Shown piece by piece: positions 17,837-27,940 of a DNA stretch of 64,000 bases. A program made the position numbers and the translations under genes. This DNA comes from a virus (lineage: Duplodnaviria; Caudoviricetes). The notes beneath the pieces were generated by a model. The model did no database searches, was not told the DNA's origin, and was given only the letters and a program-made list of their open reading frames with translations. The stretch lies in the IMG/VR virus record IMGVR_UViG_3300021979_000003, positions 1 to 64,000 of that record, one strand, 5' to 3'. Each line of letters starts with the position of its first letter. The stretch's first letter is position 1.

Positions 17837-18230
17837 AACTGAAATAGGTTTCTTTTGTGATAAACATACCTATAAAATAGAAACAAATGTTGTGTTTACA
17901 AAAGAGTTTCTTAAAGAGCATATCAATAACCTTCCTATCAGAGGGTATGATAAGCAAATGCTATTAAATGATATGATAACTACGAATCCATACGGTGGAG
18001 CGACACATACACCAATAGCTGATGTCATTAGAGAATTTATAGGTGATTATCTAGAATCTTATGATTTAGAATCCATCCATATAGATAATAAAGATTTAAA
18101 ATATATCTTTAGAGATATGGCTCAAAAGAGAAAATGTATACGGGTGAGTTTCCTTGTCTCGACCAAACATTTTAGATACCTAGCACTTAAGTACCCAGAA
18201 TTTCATCAACAGCTTAGATCAACTCAATAA
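17820..18230 (+). CDS. KLxYP-motif paralogue family member
   Basis: RKCIRVSFLVSTKHFRYLALKYPE. Confidence 0.75.
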   Translation: MIELYETEIGFFCDKHTYKIETNVVFTKEFLKEHINNLPIRGYDKQMLLNDMITTNPYGGATHTPIADVIREFIGDYLESYDLESIHIDNKDLKYIFRDMAQKRKCIRVSFLVSTKHFRYLALKYPEFHQQLRSTQ

Positions 18231-19161
18231 GCTCTAGGAATACATTAACAATAAATTCGGATTCCATATGGATTGCGTATGCATTTTTAAAAAATATCAT
18301 ACCTTCATTTTTATTCAATTCTAATGGGTCTTTAGTGTATTCTATTCTCTCTACATATCTTTCTATATCTGACATATAGTTATTAACGACAATACCAAGT
18401 GTTCGTTTAATACTATTTAAAACCCTATCAAACTTGTCATTATTTAATATAACTTCTTTTAAATGCTCTTCACTTTCTTCTATGACTCTTTGTTTAAAGG
18501 CTTTAAAAGTTTTAAACTGTTCGTCACCAAGTTCACCATCTACATGTCCAAAGAAGTCATTTGCACTACCTTCAATATTATTAGAGAACGTTCTATTTTC
18601 TTCCATTTCACCAATTAAGTGTCCAAGCATATAGCTGGTGAAGTGTGCACCAAATTCTCCGTGATTTGCAGTGCTGTATTCATCGGTGAAGTCCATTACC
18701 CCTTTTGAATAGAAAATCTTGTATTCACCTAATGGAAAAATCAAATAGGGTGATCCATACGATTTTGCACTTCTAACTTGTGCAGTAACAAACATACCGC
18801 TGCGAACATTAACGCCATACTTTTTCTTTGCTAAATGATTTACATAATTATGAATAAAAATATTAGTATCTTTCGGTTCATCCCTTTCTTGGAATTCTAA
18901 ATATTTTAACTCTCCCAAGTTTGAAGATGGAGAACCATGATACAGGAACCCATTATATATAAGCTTTCTTACAACATCACCTTTGCCTTCCACTTTTGCA
19001 TTATAATTTGAAACATCCGCATTTATCTTGTAAACTTTATCTTTTATCTGTTCAAAGTAAGGAGACTCATATATATTCTTTGCGACAATTTCAGGCGTAA
19101 ATGTACTCTTATCTTCATTTACTTGTCTATAAATTTCTGGAAAGATATCTTCTATATTCAT
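18214..19161 (-). CDS. late protein, N-terminal tag family; ADP-ribosyltransferase-like
   Basis: MNIEDIFPE; FLYHGS...GMFVT...AKSYG; TATAAATA at 19183-19190. Confidence 0.65.
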   Translation of the reverse strand: MNIEDIFPEIYRQVNEDKSTFTPEIVAKNIYESPYFEQIKDKVYKINADVSNYNAKVEGKGDVVRKLIYNGFLYHGSPSSNLGELKYLEFQERDEPKDTNIFIHNYVNHLAKKKYGVNVRSGMFVTAQVRSAKSYGSPYLIFPLGEYKIFYSKGVMDFTDEYSTANHGEFGAHFTSYMLGHLIGEMEENRTFSNNIEGSANDFFGHVDGELGDEQFKTFKAFKQRVIEESEEHLKEVILNNDKFDRVLNSIKRTLGIVVNNYMSDIERYVERIEYTKDPLELNKNEGMIFFKNAYAIHMESEFIVNVFLELIELI

Positions 19162-19244
19162 GGTTAATCCTATTGTTTATTATATTTATAAATATAGTAA
19201 AAGGATAAAGATTATGCAGAAGAGAACAACTTAGACTTACCTTC

Positions 19245-19637
19245 TTAAAGAAAAACGAAGGCGAGTGACCCAATACACAGTAGTCCAAGAATAGAATAGA
19301 GAAGAATCGTGTTAAACATTTGTCGCCTAACTCTTACTTTATTTTTGTGGGACTCTTGTTGAATTTTCAAAATAAGGTCTTGGCTACGATTAAGAAGGAC
19401 ATCAATTTTTTCGAAGTTATCTGGTTGTTCGCCCTTTTTATCTAAAAGCTTAATGTAGCTGATAACGTCTCCATCGCTAATAGCATTAATGTCAGATGGG
19501 TAACTCCAATTAAGGGGCGCGATCCAACGATTACCATCCCGAGTAACACCGAGTGCAAGAATAGAGCTTCCGCCACTTTTCCAGTAAAATCGATAGATTC
19601 CCACACCAAGGTTATTGATTTCGTCTTGAGTTATCAT
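19245..19637 (-). CDS. hypothetical protein with C-terminal TM helix
   Basis: 130 aa, hydrophobic C-terminus. Confidence 0.7.
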   Translation of the reverse strand: MITQDEINNLGVGIYRFYWKSGGSSILALGVTRDGNRWIAPLNWSYPSDINAISDGDVISYIKLLDKKGEQPDNFEKIDVLLNRSQDLILKIQQESHKNKVRVRRQMFNTILLYSILGLLCIGSLAFVFL

Positions 19638-20056
19638 AGCTTTGTCCTTATCTCTTCAACAACTTCATTTTCAAAATAAGCAATAGTTCTCATTTCTTTT
19701 TGATACAATCGGTTTTCAAGAAACCAAAAAATTTTACGCTTATTTTTAGGCCATGTGATGTTGCGTTCTTCAACTTCTTCGTCGTCATAGAAAAGTCGAG
19801 TTTGCAATGTCAATGCACTACACTTTCCAACATTAGTAATAAAGAAAAATGCTTCATTACTGAGTGTTGAAAATGTAATAGATAAGCCGCGTTCAATATC
19901 TTTTGGAACATAAGGATGTTCTTTTGGATTGTTGGACATGTATTTAATTTTATCTAGCTCTTCTGGACAGATATCTTTAAAATAGTCAGAAACAATATCA
20001 TAAAGGTATCGTGAATCCAGATCGTTATTTGTTTCTATTGTTACCGTGTATCCCAT
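19634..20056 (-). CDS. hypothetical protein
   Basis: Operon context. Confidence 0.7.
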   Translation of the reverse strand: MGYTVTIETNNDLDSRYLYDIVSDYFKDICPEELDKIKYMSNNPKEHPYVPKDIERGLSITFSTLSNEAFFFITNVGKCSALTLQTRLFYDDEEVEERNITWPKNKRKIFWFLENRLYQKEMRTIAYFENEVVEEIRTKL

Positions 20057-20058
20057 AA

Positions 20059-20415
20059 TTAACCTTCGCTTTTATAATATTCCTCGTCAGACTTCCAAGG
20101 AAACAATTCTGAAATATGAAAGTAGCACACCATACGATCAGGTACACCCATTTTACCATTTGAGTAAACTGGTTTGTAGAGTGTTGATTCGTCGTCGTAG
20201 TCCCGGTCAGGGTTTTCAACGATATAAACGTACTTGTATTTCCAAACACCCCAACGTTTGATATGTTTCTTTGCCCATTCATAACAACGCTGACGACGCT
20301 GTTCTTCCATCTTCCTACGGTTTTCTTCCCTTTCAAGTAGAATCGCTTCCCGCTCACGTTCTTCAAGGATGTGATTGGGGGTGAAGAATCTTTTAATACG
20401 TTGCAGCATAATCAC
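20059..20415 (-). CDS. hypothetical protein
   Basis: Operon context. Confidence 0.7.
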   Translation of the reverse strand: MIMLQRIKRFFTPNHILEEREREAILLEREENRRKMEEQRRQRCYEWAKKHIKRWGVWKYKYVYIVENPDRDYDDESTLYKPVYSNGKMGVPDRMVCYFHISELFPWKSDEEYYKSEG

Positions 20416-20590
20416 TACCCTCTTCGGCTACGATGTTGTCTTTGTTTACAATAACGACACCCATATACTGTGCGGCAGCAAGGATTAGGTTTGTTTCAAA
20501 TTCCTGTACATATGCCATGGGTACAATCTCATCATCTTCTACACGAACTTTGATGATGTCACCTTCTTTAAGATTATCTGTAATAGTCAT
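20393..20590 (-). CDS. small hypothetical protein
   Basis: Operon context. Confidence 0.65.
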   Translation of the reverse strand: MTITDNLKEGDIIKVRVEDDEIVPMAYVQEFETNLILAAAQYMGVVIVNKDNIVAEEGSDYAATY

Positions 20591-20850
20591 TATCGTACTC
20601 CGTTGAGGTATTTTTGAGCTAGACCATCGATCCAGTCATTGAGTTTAGTTTGTTGAACTTCAGTTACTTCAAACTTTTTTGTAGGAGTAGCCTTACCAGC
20701 TTCAACCATATCCCGTACTGCATTGCGCATGAAACCAATATGCTCTGAATTAATCCAGTAGGGATTATCGAGAGAAAGGTTTGTACCAGTACGCTGAACA
20801 TCAGTCATGGCTTTTACTTTCTTTTTCAGTTGCGGCATAGTTGCTTTCAT
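20590..20850 (-). CDS. hypothetical protein
   Basis: Likely start MKATMPQ at 20850 with GGAG RBS. Confidence 0.7.
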   Translation of the reverse strand: MKATMPQLKKKVKAMTDVQRTGTNLSLDNPYWINSEHIGFMRNAVRDMVEAGKATPTKKFEVTEVQQTKLNDWIDGLAQKYLNGVR

Positions 20851-20905
20851 AATTAATCTCCAATTCAGTAATACCATTATAGCAAAGGTAAAACTAAAAG
20901 TAAAA

Positions 20906-21100
20906 TTAGATTTTCTGTGTTCGATGTTCTTCCCAATCCAATACATCATACTTACGAGTAATAACACCCCACGCATGTTTGATTCTAGTCTTTAGAGAAA
21001 TAAATTTATAATTCTCAGGGCGATCAGGAATCCATTCATGGTGGCGCGTTTCAACTAAGTCTGACCAGTGTTTGACTTGATCGGCAGTATACTTAGACAT
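20906..21100 (-). CDS. small hypothetical protein
   Basis: WIPDRP...RIKHAWGVIT; operon context. Confidence 0.65.
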   Translation of the reverse strand: MSKYTADQVKHWSDLVETRHHEWIPDRPENYKFISLKTRIKHAWGVITRKYDVLDWEEHRTQKI

Positions 21101-21338
21101 TATTTTCCCTCTCTTTCAAATCATTAACAACCTTTTCAATAATATTATAGTCAACATAACCAACAGTATGATGTACACAATACTGAACCATATCCCTTGA
21201 GCGAATACCGTTAGTCGTTGTCAAAAGTCTACGATACATCAAGTAGGCTTTTGTTTCATAGTTTTTAACCCAAGGTGCTACTCCACGGACCATATAATCA
21301 CCCCCAATTATGATGTGTTGGTTTATAACATGACTCAC
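21093..21338 (-). CDS. hypothetical protein
   Basis: Operon context; start uncertain. Confidence 0.55.
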   Translation of the reverse strand: MSHVINQHIIIGGDYMVRGVAPWVKNYETKAYLMYRRLLTTTNGIRSRDMVQYCVHHTVGYVDYNIIEKVVNDLKERENNV

Positions 21339-21579
21339 TATTTACAAAGTCTGGATTACCAAGATAGTCTCCGTGATTAAACCAAGTCTCAGATACATCA
21401 CCGACTTTAACAGATGCCAATGGTGTCCCTCGACGGTGATTTGACTTTGCTTTATCTTTCTCACAGAACTTTGATCCATCTGAATGCACGTGTGAATATC
21501 CTACTGGAAAGATAGGACGAAAAATATATCCACCTTGTTTGATATACAAACTATAAGAATCTTTTTTAATAACAGGCAT
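21298..21579 (-). CDS. hypothetical protein
   Basis: GGAGG RBS, first gene of leftward operon. Confidence 0.7.
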   Translation of the reverse strand: MPVIKKDSYSLYIKQGGYIFRPIFPVGYSHVHSDGSKFCEKDKAKSNHRRGTPLASVKVGDVSETWFNHGDYLGNPDFVNSESCYKPTHHNWG

Positions 21580-21693
21580 TTACACCTCCCGAAAGCAGTT
21601 AAATGGTAATATAATGGGGTAATCATAGCATATAAATTATTGATCCACAAGTTTAAATACAAGTGGACATTCAAATTAATTAGGAGGATGAAT

Positions 21694-23565
21694 ATGCCAA
21701 CCATTAATAACTATGGTTTAGGTGGTGTTGGTGACAATATCCAGTTCGGTAAAAAAGGTACTAGAATAAAAAGCTTGAACGGTCAGTTCGAAGCTCGTGA
21801 TCTTAACGATTCTACGTATGTACCTATTGCTGCTGGTGATCCAGTCAACGACAATGACCTAGTAACCAAATCATATCTCGAAACAGTTCAACAAGCCGGT
21901 GACACTCTACGTACACCAGAAGATGGCGACTTGACTGATAACGGTGCGATTACTACATGGGAAGTTGGTACAACTACTTATACTAACGCACTCGATAATC
22001 TTAACGAGATTCTAGGACGTTTGGTGCCTGCACAGCCACCAGCGCTTTCAAGTTTCTCTATTTCACCAACTGGCGGTAACAATGAAATACTAGCTAGTGG
22101 TGCTACTGATAACACTGGCGGTAATATTCCTGCTGCTGGTACAACAGTATACACTATCTATGATGATAGTATTGTAACGACACAAGCTAACGGTGGCTCT
22201 GGTGCTACTGGTGGTGACGTTGAAGGCAATAACGGTAACCTATTCACCGATGGTGCAAGCGGTGACCTAACTGCATTCATCAACGGTGTGCAAGATGGTA
22301 CTATTACACTTACTGAAGCTTCTGAAGTTGGTAGCTACACTTCACTACAGGTTGTAAGTGATGTTGATTACCCTGCTTCTACTCCCGGCTTCTATAAAGC
22401 TATTAAAGCACGTATTAACAAGTCCAGCGGTGTTCCTGTTGGTTATAACAATGCACAGCTAACTCACTCTGATTCAGGTTCTACTAATACTATCGCTTGG
22501 GTACATGATGATGTTGCTGCTGCACCAACTATTTCTGGAACAGGATATAGTCTAGGAACTTCCACTACAGGGAAATACAGTTCTGGTATTAAACACTTAA
22601 CTAATGGTGACACAATCAACGTTGATGGTACTGTTTCTAACCTAACCGGTCAAACATACATCACATCTAACGTTCTAACTTATACCACTAGTCCAAGTGT
22701 TGGTACTCTAGCTATGGATGCTACTGAACTAGGTACTGGTCTAACATTCCCATTGGATGCGAACCTAGCACCACAGACTATCTCTGGTAAAAGTCTAACT
22801 ATTGGTACTACAGCACGTTTCGTACAGACAAACATGTTTGTTAGTGCTTACAACCCACGTGGTTCTGATACCAACAACTCTGTAGCTGGTGATAACATTC
22901 TTGTTTACACTACTGCATTGGAAGGTGGTAATAAGCCTCACGAAGTACAGGTTAACGGTTCCTCTGCTGATGCATACCGTCATTACCTTGGTTCTGGTTT
23001 TACTGGTGATACACCATCTGGTTCTATCACTGCACCTACTGCAAGTAATTGGGACTCAAGCCAACTTCTAAATGCTGCTGGTTACGAGCATGAAGCTGTT
23101 GTAGTTGCTGGTGCTATTAAGCACGATACTACTAACTATACTACTGGTCACATTCCTACCACTACTGGTGCTGATTATAGCACAAAAGATGCTTCTCAGT
23201 ATGTTACTTATGTATTCAACCAAGCGACACTATCCAGCATTAGTTTATCTATCTCTGGTAACTATTCTGGTCTATGGGTTTCTCTACCGGGAATCTCTGA
23301 TGACGCTGGTCAATCACCAAACGCTCTAGGTGGTAACTGGTGGGATGCTTTCGCGCTTTATAACGGCTCTGGCGTTCCCGGTCGTACTGGTGATACCAAT
23401 GCTGGTTGTGCTGTAGGTAGTGCTGCTTCTGGAAGTTCTGGAACAGTAGATATCACATTTGGTACTGCATCTAGTACTAACGCAACAAACAATGCTGTAA
23501 TCGTTCGAATTAAGTTAACTGCTGGACAGAGTATTTCTGCAATCAGCATAAGCAATACACCATAA
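21694..23565 (+). CDS. large Gly/Ser/Thr-rich virion structural protein (tail/baseplate-associated)
   Basis: AGGAGG RBS, ATG 21694; beta-rich composition; N-terminal domain paralogous to 57309..57830. Confidence 0.75.
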   Translation: MPTINNYGLGGVGDNIQFGKKGTRIKSLNGQFEARDLNDSTYVPIAAGDPVNDNDLVTKSYLETVQQAGDTLRTPEDGDLTDNGAITTWEVGTTTYTNALDNLNEILGRLVPAQPPALSSFSISPTGGNNEILASGATDNTGGNIPAAGTTVYTIYDDSIVTTQANGGSGATGGDVEGNNGNLFTDGASGDLTAFINGVQDGTITLTEASEVGSYTSLQVVSDVDYPASTPGFYKAIKARINKSSGVPVGYNNAQLTHSDSGSTNTIAWVHDDVAAAPTISGTGYSLGTSTTGKYSSGIKHLTNGDTINVDGTVSNLTGQTYITSNVLTYTTSPSVGTLAMDATELGTGLTFPLDANLAPQTISGKSLTIGTTARFVQTNMFVSAYNPRGSDTNNSVAGDNILVYTTALEGGNKPHEVQVNGSSADAYRHYLGSGFTGDTPSGSITAPTASNWDSSQLLNAAGYEHEAVVVAGAIKHDTTNYTTGHIPTTTGADYSTKDASQYVTYVFNQATLSSISLSISGNYSGLWVSLPGISDDAGQSPNALGGNWWDAFALYNGSGVPGRTGDTNAGCAVGSAASGSSGTVDITFGTASSTNATNNAVIVRIKLTAGQSISAISISNTP

Positions 23566-23579
23566 GGAGGAAATGAATA

Positions 23580-24644
23580 ATGGCTATCAATGATGAAAGT
23601 AAAGTAGATTTCCTCTGGAAGAAAGTACTTTTTGGTGTTTCTAATACCAGTGTAAACGGTAAGAAAGGCTATGAGGAAATTTATGGCTCTGAGGTTCCAA
23701 CCTACGCAAATAACATTTGGACACAAGCTGGAAGTGTAGAATCCCCCGCACCTAACGCAACAACTGGTGTTCATGAGTATTATGGTACAACTAGTGCTAT
23801 AGAATGTACTCCTGATCCTACTGTTCCAAATAACAGAACTTGGTTGGTTACCACAACTTATAACGATATTAATACACGAGTAGGAGACTGGATACCACCT
23901 ACCTTTGATCCAACATACCTAGTACAGGTTTACCAAGGTGATCCTAATAATGGCGGAACCCCACTAAACCAAGGTACAAATGGCGAGGAATGGGTATTCG
24001 ACTATGTGACTGGTGTACTAAGCTTTGTTAACAACGTGCCTTCTGGCGTGTCTGACAGTGCTTCTAGTAGCCGTATATTCGTAGTTGGTCATCGTTACGT
24101 TGGTTCCAAGGGATTGACTGGTGCTGGCGGTGCGGCTGCTTCTGAGGAAGTTGCTGATATCAATGAACGCGATGCGTTAGACCCACAGGTTGGTACGTTC
24201 GTGTACGTACAGGATGCATCTGGCGACACTGCAAACTCTGCACATATTGGTGCTGGTGAATCTGCAACATACTTCTACACCTCTGGTGGATGGAAGCTGA
24301 TTGCAACTGAAGATTCAAGCAAAGCCGATAGCGGTACTGTGAGCTTCGATATTGATACTTCTACCGTAGATGGTATTCTCTATCAAGCACCTTCAGGAAC
24401 GCGTGTGGACGACATCACAGTGGTTGTGAACACAGCCTTTGATGGCACACCTGTAATTAATGTTGGTGACTCTACGGTTACTGATCGTCTTCTAGAAGAT
24501 GCATTAGTTGACCTAAGTGAAACTTCTACCTTTATTGTAAATCCAAGGTATAACTACAGTTCTGCAACTGATATCTTGCTTGATTTCAGTGCTGGTGGAG
24601 CAACAACAGGCAATGCAACACTTATAATTAAGTGGTCATCCTAA
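23580..24644 (+). CDS. virion structural protein
   Basis: GGAGG RBS, co-transcribed; WVFDYVTGVL motif and beta-rich C-terminal domain. Confidence 0.75.
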   Translation: MAINDESKVDFLWKKVLFGVSNTSVNGKKGYEEIYGSEVPTYANNIWTQAGSVESPAPNATTGVHEYYGTTSAIECTPDPTVPNNRTWLVTTTYNDINTRVGDWIPPTFDPTYLVQVYQGDPNNGGTPLNQGTNGEEWVFDYVTGVLSFVNNVPSGVSDSASSSRIFVVGHRYVGSKGLTGAGGAAASEEVADINERDALDPQVGTFVYVQDASGDTANSAHIGAGESATYFYTSGGWKLIATEDSSKADSGTVSFDIDTSTVDGILYQAPSGTRVDDITVVVNTAFDGTPVINVGDSTVTDRLLEDALVDLSETSTFIVNPRYNYSSATDILLDFSAGGATTGNATLIIKWSS

Positions 24645-24661
24645 TAGTTGTACTATAAAAC

Positions 24662-24686
24662 AAAGGGCCTATAAAGGCCCTTTTTT
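24662..24686. terminator. bidirectional intrinsic terminator
   Basis: AAAGGGCC-TATAAA-GGCCCTTTTTT between convergent genes. Confidence 0.9.
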
Positions 24687-24687
24687 A

Positions 24688-24960
24688 TTAAATCCGTTCT
24701 GCCCATCCCATCGGCATAATGTTATATTTTGAGCCACACTGAGCGCACTTTACGTTTTGTGCTAACCCACCACTTGGTCCTTCAAGGAATTCATTACAGC
24801 CACAATCAAGGCAACCATTTTTTGTTAGCTCATCAAACATCTTTTCATTGTCGCTACGCTTATCTTTTTTTAAAGCTGACATTGCATATTTAAAATACCC
24901 TTTCTTTTTCTTTTGCATATCTTGATAATTTCGCTTAGGCCAAATGTTAAACATTTTCAA
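24688..24960 (-). CDS. Zn-finger protein
   Basis: CLDCG...GPSGGLAQNVKCAQCG. Confidence 0.75.
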   Translation of the reverse strand: MKMFNIWPKRNYQDMQKKKKGYFKYAMSALKKDKRSDNEKMFDELTKNGCLDCGCNEFLEGPSGGLAQNVKCAQCGSKYNIMPMGWAERI

Positions 24961-25241
24961 TCCTCTATTTCAAATTTTTTGGAAGCATAACAATATGGAT
25001 CACCAACTTCCAACCATTCCTGATTGACTTCCACTTTCATTCCATTTTCTAACAGAATAATTGCATCACGGTGTTTCAACGCAAGAATTTTTTCAACTTT
25101 ACTTTCACCGACACAACGATACTCATATTTTGTATCCCACCAAAATCCATAACCAATAAGACCAACAATTATGAGAATCATTAACCATCCGGCAACCTTT
25201 TCGCCGTTTCCATGTAGTACTTCAAGAATTTTTTCTTTCAT
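24957..25241 (-). CDS. single-TM protein
   Basis: N-terminal hydrophobic helix. Confidence 0.7.
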   Translation of the reverse strand: MKEKILEVLHGNGEKVAGWLMILIIVGLIGYGFWWDTKYEYRCVGESKVEKILALKHRDAIILLENGMKVEVNQEWLEVGDPYCYASKKFEIED

Positions 25242-25410
25242 GATATTCCCTTAGCTTTTTAGCAGCTTCTAAGTCACGTTTCATTTCATCACTATTCAAT
25301 AGTGCTTCCCCATCTTTTACACGAACACTTGGACCTGTCCATTCCACATTTGACTCAATATCATCTGGCATATAAAACAGACCTTTGAAAAACTTCATGA
25401 TGCAATTCAT
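25222..25410 (-). CDS. small hypothetical protein
   Basis: Operon context. Confidence 0.6.
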   Translation of the reverse strand: MNCIMKFFKGLFYMPDDIESNVEWTGPSVRVKDGEALLNSDEMKRDLEAAKKLREYHERKNS

Positions 25411-25622
25411 AGATTGCCACCAACTCTGATCACAGCAACCTTCATTTTCTTAAATCCTAGACTCTTCAACTCACGCTCTGCCTTTACGACCTCACGATCA
25501 TTTTCAAACTGTGAACTCGTAAGACCGGTTTGGATCAGTGAATCAAAATCCTGAGACATCCACGTCGAAACTGTCACTGGCATATCGAAGTCTGAATATT
25601 TTTCTAAGTTGACAATTAACAT
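25407..25622 (-). CDS. small hypothetical protein
   Basis: Operon context. Confidence 0.65.
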   Translation of the reverse strand: MLIVNLEKYSDFDMPVTVSTWMSQDFDSLIQTGLTSSQFENDREVVKAERELKSLGFKKMKVAVIRVGGNL

Positions 25623-25623
25623 T

Positions 25624-25836
25624 TTACGATTCCTTTTTAGGTTTAAAAATTTGAAACTCTACATCTTCAGTAGCAAACACAATAGTATTATTTGGGAAGT
25701 TCTGCCTTAAAGATTTTGCCAACGATGCAGTATAGTTTTGTGTACATTCCTTACTGATTTTAATCAAAAGAACTTCATCTTCAGATAACTCAAACTTCTC
25801 AATGTTTTTTATTTTAGCTTCGTCTTCTTTGTTCAT
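25624..25836 (-). CDS. small hypothetical protein
   Basis: AAGGGA RBS. Confidence 0.65.
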   Translation of the reverse strand: MNKEDEAKIKNIEKFELSEDEVLLIKISKECTQNYTASLAKSLRQNFPNNTIVFATEDVEFQIFKPKKES

Positions 25837-25936
25837 AACTTCCCTTAAATTAGGTCTGTGGTGCGATAATTACATCATCCCTACGCGATGGCTACTAACC
25901 CTGTTCCACAGAAAGCTGGTAGGACAGCTACACGTG

Positions 25937-26899
25937 TTACTTAAAAAACCCACCCATACCAAATGATCCTAGTGGATGTCCGCCACACATACCACCGTGT
26001 CTATTCGGAATGTTTTTCTTAGAGATTTTAAACTCATCGTTATTACGGTCAAGGATGCAGTAAGCCAGTTCACCCATTCCTACATCAGGAGGATATGTGC
26101 CTTTGGTAATATACTCAGATTCAAAGTACTTATCTTGGGACATAACATTGATAATATCTTTATAGTCTTTATCCTTTGAATCTATGATTCCTTTAACATT
26201 CATTTTACTTTTGTTTGCTGCTATAACAACCTGCTCATCATGACGGATAAGATTTTTCCGATAATCGTACCAAGCAAGTTTTTGGTATACATGTACGAAT
26301 TGATTTTCATAGCTTGGTGTATAAACACAACTGTCTTTATCTTCAGTACATTTAAACTTACCAAGATAAACATAGATGTCATCGAATGATCCAATAAAGG
26401 GCACACCAATATCTACTTTCGATGTAGTTTTCTTTTTCGCTTTCGGATTAAAAGATTTGGCAAATTCTTTAAATGAATCACTGTCTTTACGTACAAAAAA
26501 GTAATTTGAGCCTGCATAACGGAATGCCATTTCAGCTTTAATACTACCTTGTGATACTGAACCGTTTGTCAATAGTTCAATCAAACCGTCAGTACGAAAA
26601 TCGAATTTTAGATAACAATCATGCTCTTTGTTATACACAACTGCTGATGGAACTTTAGCACTTTGTCCACGACTGTCTACGTCATCATAGATAGTAGCAC
26701 TTGAAAAAGAGTTATCCATTTCAATGACAAGACATGGTAGACTTTTTCTATGCCATCCTTCTGCCCAACGGATTGCATTTTCACTATCATGATGAGGGAG
26801 TTTAGGCCAGCTTTCATACAAAGGCAAACCTCTGAATGTTTTATTAGTTTCAGCATCACAATAAAATACAATTTTATCACAAGTTTTTTGTACGCTCAC
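25937..26899 (-). CDS. hypothetical protein
   Basis: 320-aa ORF. Confidence 0.8.
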   Translation of the reverse strand: MSVQKTCDKIVFYCDAETNKTFRGLPLYESWPKLPHHDSENAIRWAEGWHRKSLPCLVIEMDNSFSSATIYDDVDSRGQSAKVPSAVVYNKEHDCYLKFDFRTDGLIELLTNGSVSQGSIKAEMAFRYAGSNYFFVRKDSDSFKEFAKSFNPKAKKKTTSKVDIGVPFIGSFDDIYVYLGKFKCTEDKDSCVYTPSYENQFVHVYQKLAWYDYRKNLIRHDEQVVIAANKSKMNVKGIIDSKDKDYKDIINVMSQDKYFESEYITKGTYPPDVGMGELAYCILDRNNDEFKISKKNIPNRHGGMCGGHPLGSFGMGGFFK

Positions 26900-26901
26900 A
26901 A

Positions 26902-27201
26902 TTAGTATCCTTTAATAATAGAAATAAATTCCAATGCTGTGTCTTCATCATACCCACGAGTAATAAGCTCTTGCGCCATTGATATGTAACGCTTTTTGGC
27001 ATGGGTGCTTTCAACAGTATTCCAACTTTCCCAATCCCATCCACATCCATCAGTATGATTTTGATTACAAAGGGTGTCATGAAGAACAGTAGCAAAACGT
27101 TGTTCTGGTGTCAAGTTCTCATATGACTTGAGAAGGTTTTTTCGCTCACGTTCCAGTTTTACCAATTCAGACTCAATTTGTGCAATACGTTTGAAAGACA
27201 T
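26902..27201 (-). CDS. hypothetical protein
   Basis: LHDTLCNQNHTDGCGWDWE motif; GGAG RBS. Confidence 0.75.
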   Translation of the reverse strand: MSFKRIAQIESELVKLERERKNLLKSYENLTPEQRFATVLHDTLCNQNHTDGCGWDWESWNTVESTHAKKRYISMAQELITRGYDEDTALEFISIIKGY

Positions 27202-27203
27202 AA

Positions 27204-27413
27204 TTATTCTCCCTTTGATTCATAGCGTGTCATAGAGTTTTTTGCAACAAACTGAATGGTTTCCTCTTTCAACTTTTTCAGTTCATCGTTAGTCATTGCT
27301 TCCTTGCGTGATTCAATCAGTCCCGCCATAACCATATCATCGATAGCATTATTATAAGCTTCGAGTGCAATAGTTTCAATCTCTGACTTTGCAAGCTTCT
27401 TTGTAAGTTGCAT
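27204..27413 (-). CDS. small hypothetical protein
   Basis: Likely start MQLTKKLAK at 27413. Confidence 0.65.
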   Translation of the reverse strand: MQLTKKLAKSEIETIALEAYNNAIDDMVMAGLIESRKEAMTNDELKKLKEETIQFVAKNSMTRYESKGE

Positions 27414-27414
27414 A

Positions 27415-27885
27415 CTATACCGCCTTACTCTTAATAGGTTGTGCACCTGCAACCGTGCTATGTGTGTAAAATACAAAGTTCTTATGTGCAGGGCCAATGC
27501 CTTTCAATTGAGTGTCCTTATAAGGGTCAATGGTGTTTCTGTGATTTAGCAACCCATCTTCCATAAGCTTTTGAATAGTACGTGCTTCAGAGTTAAGCAT
27601 ACTGACCATATGGGTAGTTCTGGTCTGAATCAGTTTAGCAATGTCAATCGCTTCAAATTTACGAACTGAAATGATTGAATCAGTGTGAGTACCACGGCGC
27701 TCTTTTTCAAGGATATAAACACGCATCAAACCCAAAGGGGCGAACTTGTCATCTTCTTCGTCAGTATAAACGTGAATGACGGTTTCTTTAGAAACAAGAA
27801 CCAGCATCGTTCCAGACTTTGCCATAGGATGCAAAATCTTTCTGATGTGAGAGTTGAACATGATTTCTGCTTCATGAAGGTTCAT
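27415..27885 (-). CDS. hypothetical protein
   Basis: 156-aa ORF. Confidence 0.7.
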   Translation of the reverse strand: MNLHEAEIMFNSHIRKILHPMAKSGTMLVLVSKETVIHVYTDEEDDKFAPLGLMRVYILEKERRGTHTDSIISVRKFEAIDIAKLIQTRTTHMVSMLNSEARTIQKLMEDGLLNHRNTIDPYKDTQLKGIGPAHKNFVFYTHSTVAGAQPIKSKAV

Positions 27886-27940
27886 ACGCTATCCCCTGAA
27901 TTAGTTTATACAATAATGATACAGGGGATGAAAATAAAAA

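Noticed and set aside
27891-27929. ATCCCCTG/CAGGGGAT inverted repeat as a mobile-element end
   Set aside because: Short isolated hairpin in an intergenic gap, better explained as a terminator or promoter hairpin; no transposase nearby
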